Of a stretch of DNA of 64,000 nucleotides, positions 25,101 to 40,100 are shown piece by piece (the first letter of the stretch is position 1; each line of letters starts with the position of its first letter). The position numbers and the translations under genes were made by a program. A model generated the notes under the pieces. The model was given only the letters and a program-made list of their open reading frames with translations. It did not search any database and was not told the origin of the DNA. The stretch comes from Mizuhopecten yessoensis (taxonomy: Eukaryota), in the NCBI RefSeq assembly GCF_002113885.1, contig NW_018405052.1, positions 11,418 through 75,417 of the forward strand, written 5' to 3'.

Positions 25101-28100
25101 CTGTAGCCATCCAGGATCACAGGGTCAGAGGCAGTTTGACTGTTTTGATATTAAAATGTCTACTTCCTATGAATTATTGGACAGATTTCAACTTACTTTT
25201 TATTTACTATTACGACTAAGAAATGATCAAGAAAATGTTGTAAAATGAAAACTGTGTCCCCAACCCATAGGAATATCCTTCAATTTCTAGGAGGGTACTT
25301 TTGCCCGTTGGTTAACCATTTCCATTCAGGCTATCACCTAAACACCAAAGTTATTTAGGCTCTAATGTTAAAAATCTTTTCATCTTTCAGATTGGTGAAA
25401 CAAAATAGTGAAATTCGCAACTTCATAGCTTAGGTATTCTTGCAACATTTTTGGCCTGATTACTTTGATATTACATTGAAGTGTATTGAGGTAATTTTCA
25501 AAACCCTAAGGCCTTGTGTTTTATATTCTGGTTTTGATTAATTTTGTTTGTCCTTTAGATTACACAGGATCTTCCTGTCAGCTGACAACTTACCATTGTG
25601 GAACTGACCCCTGTCAAAACGATGGCACCTGTGTGACCGGTAGTGGCATGGATTTCTCCTGTAATTGTCGTGATTGTAAGTCAGAACTCATACTCTGATC
25701 CTACACTTCTCGTTTTCTTCTTATAGGTGACAAGATATTAGGTTATACCAGAGACATTGATTAAGATCATAAAAATGATTACATACCATCTTTAACTATA
25801 AATGAATGAAGAAATGTCACATAACTATCTTTAATTATAAGTTATTGTAGAAATGAACACCTAACTGTATGTCCTTAACTCTGAATGGTTGTAGAAATGG
25901 TCAAATAACTATTCTTAACTGTACATTTGTGTAGAAAGGGTCACATAACTATCCATAACTATAAACTATAATAGAAATAGACTCGATCATCACTATCCTA
26001 ACTCTGAATGGTTGTAGAAATGGTCAAATAACTATTCTTAACTGTACATTTGTGTAGAAAAGATCGCATATAACTGTCCTTTACTATAAATACAGGGTTG
26101 CTAACCTCTAAGGAGTCGAGTGTGGGAGATCTCCCTCCACTGGGTTTTACAATGTGTGAGACTTTGGATGGTGTCACGGCGTAGTGCCGTTTTGGGTGTT
26201 GAGATAACATTTACCTAATTATCAAATAATCCTGGCTTTCTCCAACTACTTCAACATCGGCATTGTTGATCTTTCCACTTCAAAATCTTTGTAGGAAATA
26301 GAAACAAAACATATACAGATATATATTAGATTTTTATTTATCACACAAACAACCTGACATCAGAAATGGAACACATTATAATCAAAGGCCTTTCTTGTAA
26401 CGATTTCTCTCTTTGGCTAGAACAGGTACCAGTCACTTTTTTTTTTATTTGCTGTCAATTTTGCTTTATGGCATGGGATGTTCCATGACCTGTTAAAAAA
26501 GTAGTAGTTCATATTAAAAGCAAGAACTTTACCACAGAAGTAATATAAAAAGTTCAATAACATGAAAGATAAAAAAAATATGATAATTTAACAATGAAAA
26601 ATATTTTCCAAATATGTAATTTTTTCATCACATCAGATTGAAAGTGTTTAGTCCTACAAGTCTTCTGCGTGTTACATCATCATGATCATATATATACGCC
26701 ACCATACTTAATACTGCGAAAATAACTTTTAACTTTTCATCAGCCTTCATTCGTCTGTTCGTGTTTCAAGAATCGTTTTCTCTTAGTATTTGTGAAGGCA
26801 TGACCCGACAACAATCTTTCCTAAAACGCAATGACATTATTAGTAGAACTTTCTTTTCAGTGCGATATGTATGTTCAATATTAAGTTTACGAGTGAAAAC
26901 AACATGCCTTACAGTATTTTACATTCGTTTCCACCAGATGTAAAGCGACACCTCGCGTCAGCTGACTTCCAAAGCACAACTTCCCTTTGTACGGTCCAAG
27001 CTAAAAAATGCCAATTTATGGCTTCGCGTGGAATGGAGGGAGAATATTTTCGAATGCATGAGATTTATGGCTCTCATGGCGTGAGACATGTTTCAGCATG
27101 AGGAAGGACGTCTCAGCGTGAGATTTTGTCTCACGCCGTGAGAGTTGGCAACTCTGTAAATAAATTATTGCAGATATTGTCGCGTAACTGTCCTTACTGT
27201 TTGTTAGTAGACTCAATACTGTTTATCTCTCTTATTGAAAGTTGGAATTGTCACACTCCTTTCCATCACTCTTAAATATCATAGAATTGGTTATATTATT
27301 ATCTAGCAAATTTTCAGTAGTTCAATGAGCATTGATTTGCTATTGAAGGCTTATATTTATTCAGATCTACAAGATTAATATTATTACCAAATTGCCTGAT
27401 TCTCTATGTATGACAAATATTTTACTACAGCTTACTATGGTACAAACTGTGATGGGTATACAGATCCATGTAGTTCAAAACCATGTACACCAGGAGCCAA
27501 CTGTTTGTCAGATAAGGATAAGTACTTATGTTCCTGTCCTGGAGGAGCAGTCCCTACAGATAATCAGTGTAAAAGTAAGTTAGACGGTACACCTGTTTCA
27601 TTCTCAAACTCATCCATAAATAAAATCCACTGTAACAATCTACTAGTAATCAACAATGTTTTAGTATAAATCATAATCAATGTAACAGTATACATCATCA
27701 ACAATGTAACAGTTTAAATCATCTACAATGTAACAGTATACATCATCAACAATGTAACAGTTTAAATCATCTACAATGTAACAGTATACATCATCAACAA
27801 TGTAACAGTATAAATCATCAACAATGTAACAGTATAAATCATCTACAATGTAACAGTTTACATCGTCTACACTATAACAGTATACATCGTCTACACTATA
27901 ACAGTATACATCATCAACAATGTAACAGTTTACATCATCAACAATGTAACAGTATACATCATCTACAATGTAACAGTATACATCATCAACAATGTAACAG
28001 TAGAAATCATCTACAATGTAACAGTATACATCATCAACAATGTAACAGTATACATCATCTACAATGTAACAGTATACATCATCTACAATGTAACAGTATA

Positions 28101-31100
28101 CATCATCTACAATGTAACAGTATAAAACATCAACAATGTAACAGTATACATCATCTACAATGTAATGTATAAATCATCTACAATGTAACAGTATACATCA
28201 ACAATGTAACAGTATACATCAACAATGTAACAGTTTACATCATCTACAATGTAACAGTATAAATCCTAAACAATGTAACAGTATACATCATCAACAATGT
28301 AATGTATAAATCAACTACAATGTAACAGTATACATCATCAACAATGTAATGTATAAATCAACTACAATGTAACAGTAGAAATCATCTACAATGTAATGTA
28401 TAAATCATCAACAATGTAACAGTATAAATCATCTACAATGTAATGTATAAATCATCTACAATGTGACAGTTTACATCATCAACAATGTAACAGTATACAT
28501 CATCAACAATGTAACAGTGTACATCATCAACAATGTAATGTATAAATCAACTTCAATGTAACAGTAGAAATCATCTACAATGTAATGTATAAATCATCTA
28601 CAATGTTACAGTTTACATCATCAACAATGTAACAGTATAAATCATCAACATTGTAACAGTATAAATCATCTACAATGTAACAGTTTACATCATCAACAAT
28701 GTAACAGTATACATCATCAACAATGTAACAGTGTACATCATCAACAATGTAANNNNNNNNNNNNNNNNNNNNNNNNNNNNNNNNNNNNNNNNNNNNNNNN
28801 NNNNNNNNNNNNNNNNNNNNNNNNNNNNNNNNNNNNNNNNNNNNNNNNNNNNNNNNNNNNNNNNNNNNNNNNNNNNNNNNNNNNNNNNNNNNNNNNNNNN
28901 NNNNNNNNNNNNNNNNNNNNNNNNNNNNNNNNNNNNNNNNNNNNNNNNNNNNNNNNNNNNNNNNNNNNNNNNNNNNNNNNNNNNNNNNNNNNNNNNNNNN
29001 NNNNNNNNNNNNNNNNNNNNNNNNNNNNNNNNNNNNNNNNNNNNNNNNNNNNNNNNNNNNNNNNNNNNNNNNNNNNNNNNNNNNNNNNNNNNNNNNNNNN
29101 NNNNNNNNNNNNNNNNNNNNNNNNNNNNNNNNNNNNNNNNNNNNNNNNNNNNNNNNNNNNNNNNNNNNNNNNNNNNNNNNNNNNNNNNNNNNNNNNNNNN
29201 NNNNNNNNNNNNNNNNNNNNNNNNNNNNNNNNNNNNNNNNNNNNNNNNNNNNNNNNNNNNNNNNNNNNNNNNNNNNNNNNNNNNNNNNNNNNNNNNNNNN
29301 NNNNNNNNNNNNNNNNNNNNNNNNNNNNNNNNNNTACATCATCTACAATGTAACAGTATACATCATCTACAATGTAACAGTATACATCATCAACAATGTA
29401 ACAGTATACATCATCTACAATGTAACAGTTTACATCATCTACACTGTAACAGTATAAATCATCTACAATGTAACAGTATACATCATCAACAATGTAATGT
29501 ATAAATCAACTACAATGTAACAGTATACATCATCAACAATGTAACAGTTTACATCATCTACAATGTAACAGTAGAAATCATCAACAATGTAACAGTATAC
29601 ATCATCAACAATGTAATGTATAAATCAACTACAATGTAACAGTATACATCATCAACAATGCAACAGTATACATCATCTACAATGTAACAGTATACATCAT
29701 CAACAATGTAACAGTGTACATCATCAACAATGTAACAGTATAAATCATCAACAATGTAACAGTATAAATCATCAACATTGTAACAGTATCAATCATCTAC
29801 AATGTTACAGTATACATCATCAAAAATGTAACAGTATAAATCATCTACAATGTAACGATATACATCATCTACAATGTAACGATATACATCATCTACAATG
29901 TAACGATATACATCATCTACAATGTAACAGTATAAATCATCAACAATGTAACAGTATACATAATCTACAATGTAACAGTTTACATCATCTACACTTTAAC
30001 AGTATAAATCATCTACAATGTAACAGTATAAATCATCTACAATGTTACAGTATACATCATCAAAAATGTAACAGTATAAATCATCTACAATGTAACGATA
30101 TACATCATCTACAATGTAACGATATACATCATATACAATGTAACAGTATAAATCATCTACAATGTAACAGTATACATCATCAACAATGTAACAGTGTACA
30201 TCATCAACAATGTAACAGTATAAATCATCAACAATCTAACAGTATAAATCATCTACAATGTAACGATATACATCATCTACAATGTAACGATATACATCAT
30301 CTACAATGTAACGATATACATCATCTACAATGTAACAGTATAAGTCATCTACAATGTTACAGTATAAATCATCTACAATGTAACAGTATAAATCATCTAA
30401 AATGCAAGTCTAAGTCACCAACAGTGTAAATTAAATTTATCAACAATGTAACAGTATAAATCATCTACACTGTAACAGTTTACATCATCAACAATGTAAC
30501 AGTATAAATCATCTACAATGTAACAGCATACATCATCAACAATGTAACAGTATACATCATCTACAATGTAACAGTATAAATCATCTAAAATGCAAGTCTA
30601 AGTCACCAACAGTGTAAATTAAATTTTGTGTCTGAATACACCTTTGATCAATTTCATCGATGACTTGATTGTTTTTAGGTTCAGCACCAATTGGTGAATT
30701 ATCTGTGGATGGAATGGTAGACACTAGGGGAACCTATTTGAATAATCCCTTTGTGTTCTCCAATGCTGACATGTTTTCTGTGATGCTGTGGGTGCTGTGT
30801 AGTAATGACACCTACAACAATCCTATTATCCTTGCATTGGAAGAAAGGTAAGACCATCATCCTGTGAATACATAGGCCCTCTTAATTTATTGCCATGGTG
30901 AGAAATAAGGTAATTTCACCTTTGCATGGTTTCTTATCTGTAAATACAGCGTATTTTGGATGATTGTGATAATTAACGTTTATCCAGACATTTCTGCATA
31001 ATTTAGTTCAGACAAAACAACAGCAACATAATCCCCCATAGATAAAACCTACTTTATGACAATGGAAAATAATTTGATATTTCTTCTTCTCCTGGAAGGG

Positions 31101-34100
31101 TAAGAAATGGTGACTAGTGAGAAAACATGTCACCCATACTACCATATTTATCCTGCAATAAGCCCAGGGGGCCAACACATAATCTCTGACTGAAAGTAGA
31201 GGGATGGGCTTATTACAGGACAATGGGGAAGCTTTTCATTCTAACTGCAATATATATTGGTGGGCTTATTACCAAGCATGGACTTATTGTTGGATAAATA
31301 CGGTAATGTTTTTAGCTCACATGGCCCTCCGTACTGCATCGTGCATCATTCGTCTGTCGGTCCGTCAACTTTTTCTTTGAGCGACTTCTTCTGAGGAACT
31401 TGAGGGCCTAGAGTTATGATATTTGGCCAGTAGGTACCTGTGATAGACTACTATAAAGTTTTCTCTTTAAAATGACCTTGACTTACTTTCAAGGTCACAG
31501 GGGTCAAATATGTCAAAAACTTTAACAATCTTCTTCTCAAGTTCCATAAGGCATAGGGTCATGATATTTTGCCAGTAGGTACCTAGGTTAGAGTGCTATA
31601 AAGTTTACTGATTAAAATTACCTTGACCGACTTTCAAGGTCACAGGGGTCAAATATGTTGAAAACTTTAACAGTCTTCTTCTCCAGTTCCATAAGCCCCA
31701 GGGTCATAATATTTTGCTAATAGGTACCTGTGATGGAATGCTATTAAGTTTCCTCATTAAAAGGACATTGACCTACCTTCAAGGTCACAGCGGTCAAATA
31801 TGTCAAAACACTTCAAACGACTTCTCATGAAGAACTAAAAGGTATAGAATCTTCATATTTGGATGATGGCTTTCTAGGATGGAGCCTGACAAAGTTTGAT
31901 TATGAAAATGACTTTGACCTACTTTCAATGTCACAGGTATCAAATGTGCCAAACTTTTAAAACAAATTCTCCTGGAGAACTGAAAAGTATAGAATCTTTA
32001 TATTTTGGTGGTTGCTTCCTTGGATATAGAGCCCAACAAAGTTTGAGAATGAAAAGGACTTTGACCTACTTTCAAGGTCACAGCGGTCAAATATGTCAAT
32101 TTCTTTAAACGACCTTTTCTGAAGAACTAAATGGTATAGAACCTTCATATTTAGCTGTTGGCTTCCTGAGAAAGAGCCTGACAAAGTTTGAGAATGAAAA
32201 TGACCTTGAACTAATTTCAATGTCACAGATATTAAATATGTCCAAAACATCAAACGACTTCTGAATAATCAAAAGGAATAAAATTATAATATTTGGCTGG
32301 TGGCTTCCTTGGATAAAGATCGACAAAGTTTGAGAATAAAAATGACTTCAACCTACTTTCAAGGTCACAGCGGTCAAATATGTCAAACTCTTTAAACAAC
32401 TTCTTCTGAAGAACTAAATGGTATAGAACCTTCATATTTGGCTGTTGGCTTCCTGAGATAGACCCCGACAAAGTTTGAGAATGAAAATGACCTCAACTTA
32501 CTTTCAAGGTCACAGGTATTAAGTATGTCAAAAATATCAAACGACTTCTCCGAAAATCGAAAGGCATAAAATTATAATATTTGGCTGGTGGCTTCCTTGG
32601 ATAGAGCTCACCAAAGTTTGTAAATGAAAATGACCTCAACCTACTTTAAAGGTCACAGGGGTCAACATCATTTCAAAGGATTTGTTCTGAAGAACCAAAA
32701 GGAATGGGTTCATAAGATTTGGCTGGTAGCTTTTTGGGATAAAGCTTACAAAGTTTGAGAAGGACAATGACTTTGACCTACTTACAAGGTCACAGGGGAA
32801 AATATGTCAAGCAACTTCTGAAGAAGAACCAAAAAATATAGAATCTTATAATAATATTTGGCTGGTAGTTTTAACAGATGGAGCCAACAAAGTTTGCGTG
32901 GGAAATATTTGTAGTGCAATATAATATTTAATGACAATATATTGCTATGACTGCTTAAATATTCAGGTGAGCGATACAGACACTCTGGGCCTCTTGTTTT
33001 GTTTACAAACATGGCAGACTACTGTCGGTTGAGTTGTTACTGAAATATTGGGATGGGAGAAAAATAAGCATCCCCTCCCTTGAGGGTGTAACAGTGAAAT
33101 CTCCAACCCTCTGGGTGATTTCTTTGGGTTGTCTTACCCTCAGCAGAGCCTCAGGTTAGACAACCAAAAAAGATCACTACTTGAGTAGGAGATTTCTCTT
33201 TCACACCCTAAAGGTAAGAGAAGATTCTATTAATAATTATATACATTTAACATTAAATCATTCAGAAATAAATGTATCAACACAACCTCACATATGACAA
33301 TTCAAAACAAATATATACATTATAAATCAAAAGACAGGGATATCACTGTAGTTATATATGAACAATAATTTAATATTACATATCACATTACCATCTTAAT
33401 CTTTATTGTTTCTTGTTTCTGTAGAGATATTCATCACCAAGAACCAGGCTGGATGGACTCTCCTCCTACTTCTAATTATTTGCTGAAAGTGACTAATGAA
33501 GGTGTAGTTTTTGACAATGGTACTGACTTAAAAATGGTGGAGTTTGGGAAGAACATCTGTGACAAGATCTGGCATCATGTATCAGTGACTTATCACAAAA
33601 ACGGTACAACCTATGTTAAACTGGACTCAACTCCCAAGGATCCCTTTACGCAGACTGTGCCGCGGTCATTTTCAAAAGTGTGAGTGAAAATGTGGTTAAA
33701 AAAGTAATGTACTATTGTATCACCTCATTAAGTAGTTCAAGATGAGTTTAATAGCCAATTTAATTGAACAGATGAGTACACCTCAGTCACACTTCGGTAA
33801 GGGGGTTTGGTATAAATAGATAGGTTTCAGTTCACCTGGCCAGGCAGAGCTTGTGAGATGGCACAGCATCTGTCATCTGTTGGCCATCATCAACTTTCAC
33901 TTCAAAAGCCTATACCTCCAATATGACTCCACAGATTGGCACCAAATTTGATGTGAATATGCCCCCCAGGGGGAAAAAGGGCAGGGCCAAAGAAGGGAAA
34001 ATAGAGGTTTTAATTTAAATGCCTAATCTTACCAATTTTTATTTTTATTTTTTATTAACCAATTATTTTTCATCTGATGTCATGGGGCAATGCAACTTTT

Positions 34101-37100
34101 TAGAATTAAATGAAGGTAGTGCAAATCCTGGGGACAGATAGCCCCGCCCCTGTAGACTTACTCCTTGGATTATAGAGTGGTTGGATGACACAATGGATAG
34201 TGCACTTGTCTTTTACCAAGATGGTCAGATTTTATTTCCTACTCAAATATGAAAAGGTAGCAGGGTGCCTTCCTGATGGCCATGCATGTTTTCTCTGACC
34301 ACTCTAGTTCTTCCAAAGTTTAAGACCACCTTGGCACTTATATTGTTGATAAAATAGAAAAAGTATATTTATTTCTGTTGTAACTACTGGGCATGAGAAG
34401 ACAAACATACTCATGCTACCATGATTTCCTGTAGGGTCCTTTCGACTGCTGGTGACCAAAGCCTTGGATCATAACATGAATATGATTGAGATCCCAAATC
34501 TAAAACCATATTATTTTTTACAATTGCTGAGCATTATGAGACATATGCACTCAAGCTACAATGGTTGTGCTGGGATTCGTCCATGTCCCTGTAGACTTAG
34601 TCTGTGGATCATAACATTGGAACCTATAACCCACAACCTATACCCACATCATACAATAGCTGGGCATGAAGAGACAGATACAAGCATGCTACCAGGATTA
34701 GCTCATGGGTCAGGTCCTGCCCTTTCATTACCAAGTCACCTGTTCCCCCCTGGGGGAGAGGGTTAAGACTGCTCTAGCTTTAATAGAGAAATAACACTTT
34801 TATTTTCTTTTTTTCTCTCTCTTATTTTCACTGAACGATAATTCAAACTTGGTTGGAATATCATGTGATTGCAGTTTGATGTTATCAATATTAGGACACT
34901 TAACTTGAGCTCGTCCCTTAAAGGGCCTGAGAGACGAGACCTAAAAGGGGTCAAATTGGCTAAAATTTCAACAGTCTTCTTTTCAGACCAAGATATGCTG
35001 AAACCTATCCCTTTTCAAGGATGTAAAGGTCCGAAGGTGCTTTATTAAAATTGTGTATTTCCCTACCCATAGGTCAACTATTTCTCCCTGGGTTGAGGGT
35101 AAATTTGACTTTGTTATACGATTTTATCATTTCCGTTATTCTGAAGTTAGCCAGCTATATATCATATATGATCTATGTATGTCACTCTCCAACATCATTT
35201 TGTCAAAGAAACAACTGTCAAAAAGGCATATTTGGCTAATATGTACTATTTTTTTGTGTCTAATCACAATAACATATATAACAATTACAACTCGGGTGAC
35301 CTTTAGGGCCCATGGGCCTCTTATATATGTTCATTTAACTCACATTTGTTTATTTGAAATTGTATAAGACACTTGGTAAACCTTAGCTTGTGTCTTAAAT
35401 TAATTGAAAATTTTTCACTCACAATCAACACCCTTTGGGATCTTTCACATGAAGTTTTCTCATGATCCCTAGTAACGCATATCTGGATTGCAACCATGCA
35501 AACAGTCATCTTGAAAATTGACAGTTCAATTTTGTTACCACTTTTTCTTAAGAAGTACTGCATGGACAGATCTTTATAAAATTTCCTATATTGATTTTCA
35601 TAGGTCCTAAGTTGTGCATGTTTAATTTTGAGGCTGATCAGAAAAAACAATCTTGTTGCCAGGAAGCCATCTTGCATTTCAACAGTTCCAATTTGTTATA
35701 ACTATTTCTTAGAAGTATGATTAACAGATCTGTTTCAAATTTCACAGTTGGGTTACCCTTGTTACACCTAAGGACTGTGCTAGTATATAGGTCAAACAAT
35801 CACCTCACTTTGACAGAACAAGATCATACACAGCAGTATGAAGTTCTGATCAAAAGTTACCACAAGATGCACCAACTGTTTACATGCCTCAATCCTACAG
35901 ATAAGAAAAATAGTAAAAGTGTCTTGCTTCTGTCGGAATATACCAGGCGCTTATTACAAGCTCTTGGATAACTCGGATATCAATTTCATTTTTAAACAGG
36001 AATAGCATAAAACCTAAAGGCGTTCCAAATTTCCCACGGGAATTACATATAACCTAAAGATGTTCCGAGTATGAATCGGGCACCTTTGAGGTTCCCGAAG
36101 GGGTAAACTGTCGTATTATAAATTGCTATTGACTGATTTAAGTATTTTATGTCTGACCAACGACTACCGTTAATATTAATTAATATATATGCTAAGAATC
36201 AATTTCGACTAGAGTCATGATACATGGTTATGTTATGTAGACCAGCTGTGAATTGTTTTCTTTATTACAGTAATGAGGTCAAATATCAACTTTAAGTGCT
36301 AGCCCGAGTCAAAGGTCAAAGTGGGTTAAAAGCTTTAAAATAAAAATTTCAAATTTCAAACAACAATATCGAATCGTTTAAGAGATGTTAAAATGTGTTG
36401 TGTTCTAGTTACCAAATTTAGTCTGAAGTTACCTATATGTCAGTTTCATGTAACAAAAGAAACAGGTGAGCCAAACAGGCCCTCTGGGCCTCTTGTTCCA
36501 TGATTGCTTTAGTTTCCAAGTCAGTGGTTCAGGCCCATTGGGCCGCTTTTTATGCCCCCACCATGGAATGAGGGGGGCATATAGTGTTTCCCATGTCCGT
36601 CCCGTCCCGTCGCGATTCAATGTAAACACCCGTCCCGATTCAATGTGAACACTTAGCAACTTCATTCTTTGACAGATTTTGGTCAAACTTTATACGAAGG
36701 TATAACCCTCCATAAAATGGGGGGGGGCATATAGTGTTGCCCATGTCCGTCCCATCCCGTCCTGTCCCGTCCTGTCCCGTCCCCATTGAATGTAAACACT
36801 TGACAGATATTTTGGTCATTTTGGTCAAACTTTATACAAAGGTCAAGTATGAGTATATTTCGGACATTGTTGTGTTCCAAGGTCAAGGCCAAGGTCACTT
36901 GCTATATATAGAAAATCATCAACTGATTCAATTTAAACACTTAGCAACTTCATTCTTTCACAGATTTTGGTCAAACTTTACACAAAGGTCAAGTATGAGT
37001 ATATTTCGGACATTGTTGTGTTCCAAAGTCAAGGCCAAGGTCACTTGCTATATATAGAAAATCATCAACTGATTCAATTTAAACACTTAGCAACTTCATT

Positions 37101-40100
37101 CTTTCACAGATTTTGGTCAAACTTTATACAAAGGTCAAATATGGGTATACCTCTGACATACTTGTTATTCAGGGTTCCAAGGTCAAGGCCAAGGTCACTG
37201 TTGCTATATGTAGAAAATCATCAACTGATTCAATTTAAACACTTATCAACTTCATTCTTTCATGGATTTTGGTCAAACTTTATGCAAAGGTCAAGTATGA
37301 GTATACTTCAGACATTGTTGTGTTTCAGGGTTCCAAGGTCAAGGCCAAGGTCACTTGCTATATATAGAAAAGCATTAACTGATTCAATTTTAACACTTAG
37401 CAACTTCATTCAATATGTTATGCAGATGGTAATAACATACAGAAAAAACATATGAATATTAAAATCAACTTGTCAACTTTAAGTGTAGTACCTTGTGTGT
37501 GTGCATGTTTCAGGGCATCAAGATCAAAGTAGTTGTAACTTTTTATAGAGCACTGAAACTAATTTCACATGGCAGCGGGGGCATTTATGTCTTACAGACA
37601 TTTTCTAGTTTTATTATCGTCATGGTATAAGAAAACGAAAACTTTGAATTGTTGGAAAGGATTCTTAAAAATTAAAAAAAAAATGAGTACATGAATAAAT
37701 ACGAAAAAAAAAACGTTCATAAAAATGCAATTTTTTGTTTTTTTTCCTGTAGGTTTCAAGTACTCTTGGGACAATCTTTTCTTGGAAAAATAAGTCAAGT
37801 GATGATTTGGAATAAAATTTTGTCCACATCTGACCAGTTCTTAGCATTTGGTAATGTATACACCATACCAGATCCCAATGAGATAGTTCAAAAGTGGATG
37901 AACTATGCACAGACTAAAAGTGTGACGTTTAGTTCTACCATTACTGTACATGACAATAATCCAACGTTGGAAGATGAGTTTCAAATGACAGCAGGTAAGT
38001 ATTCTATAGCTAGAGATAAGATTAGGTTATAAGGCTAGCTCTGAGAGACCATACAATTTGAATTATACACTGTGGCCATTGATCAATGTACGATAGCTGC
38101 TTTCAGAAGCTCAGTTTTTTCATACATTGATCATATAGGATTTTACATGAGTTTCCATGTCATATGAGATTTATGAAACGAGTCTTAAGATTTTTCATTT
38201 TAGCGAGCCTCTTTGATAATCCTTCGTCGTTTCACTGGTTTGAAAAGTGATGTGGGAGATTGTTGATCAATGTCAACCCAATGAAATGGGTGTATTCACT
38301 GCATAACAGGGGAGTTATAATATACTTACACATACAATTACTGTTGAAAGGCTGTTGAAAGGATATTGCCTAAATAATGAAAACGCTAAAAGGTACAAAG
38401 TCTTCAGTCAAAAGACTGATTATTTGATAGGCATATCAGTAAAGTAAGCAACGTTTTTACAGGTTTTAATTAAGCATACAAATCATCTTTCCCAGAAAAA
38501 AAAGGTGCACGAATTAGGAAGAATAGGGTAATGTAACTGCCTGATATTGAGCTTGTCAGGAAACTCTTAATAATAATTGATTGTTATATTTCACAGATAA
38601 GATGCCTCCAACTGTGGTCAGTTGTCCACCATTTAGGAAAGAGTTTCCAATGCCTGATGAACAGATAGTAAACTTCCCAGGTTTGAAGAACAGCATCAGT
38701 TTTAATCATCCTACAGATATCACTAAATATTCTTCTGTAGCAGATGGTAAGATATATTACACACAGATCTGATATTAGGATATACATGTGCTGGAGTTAA
38801 TCTGTTTATCTTTCATTTCTCTGTCTAACTGTTCATTTCCCTGTTCATCTAGCTGTCTTGCTATCTATCTACCTATCCATCAATCTTTATACGACTGTCA
38901 ACATTTTTTATGGGATGTATAATGGTATGGGGAGTGTCCGCCCACACTTTGGTTTCCGATAGATAACTTGCTAAATAGAATACATCATTCAATTTTGATG
39001 AAACTTAGTAAGCATGTACAATATATACAAAGACTGAGGTAAAGACGAAGTTGAACAAAATCTTTTCGTGATAGATTAGCATACTGTGCTCCAAATAATC
39101 AGCATCCGCTCTGGTAAGATAACTTGCTTAATTATTGGTTGATTTTTATGAAACTTGGTCAGCATGTACAATATACAGAGACTGAGGCTAAGATCGAAGT
39201 TTACCGATTTGTGCATATAATTAACTAGCATACCAGCCGTGTTCCCATTGTTCGATGCCCACAATTTGGTTTATGCAAGATAATTTGCTTAAATGTCATT
39301 AGATTTTGATGAAGTTTAGTTAGCATAAACATTATAAAAGGACTGAGGCAAAGTTTGGAGTCAAACAAATTCATGCATAATTAATTAGCATACTGTGCTC
39401 TGAAGGGTTGACAGTTTCTGCGCATTATGTTATAGTCAAATATGACTGGATTCTGATTTAAAGTCAATATGTATGTTATACAATGACAATGGCTAAGCAT
39501 AAACGTGAGAAAAACCTGTGCGTAATTTATTTTTAGCTCACATGGCCCTTTGGTCAGTTTTGCATGGGATCAGTATATGTCACTGTTACCTATGATTTGA
39601 CTTTTGAAAAAGTTAGCCTGGGGTGTATCTGCTATACTATTTCACCTGGAGTAACCAGATTTGGTATGCCATAATTTCTTGGCTGCGGAGAGTGTGGAGT
39701 ACAAGAAGCATGCCACTAGCTCTGTGAATATAAAGAAATCTTTACAGGAGGTATAAATTAGCCATTCCGGCAATATTTCTAGTAAAATAAGGCTTGTTAT
39801 CAAGACTTTAAGTTATGTTGCACTCTGCCCATTGGTTAACCTGTACAGGGCATCAGGCGTTATCTCTTTAACTGTACTTACAGGAGCTTGTCACTCTCTG
39901 TCAGATAGCCAGATAATAAAGATCGCAGTTGGAATCCTTTACCTCAGTGCTAATTTAATACTGTGACCTATTCATGGTACAGACATATCTGGTAAAATTG
40001 AATCATTTCATGTCAAAACCTGCTGCCATGGCATTAGCTATATATTATATATAAATAATAAGATAATACTGTAATGGCATTAGCTATATATTATATATAA

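Noticed and set aside
26761-27216. Short ORFs inside the TIR element as a transposase
   Set aside because: Under 80 aa with no recognisable DDE or DNA-binding motif.
28575-29504. Long ORFs of about 255 aa
   Set aside because: Artefacts of translating through the N gap.
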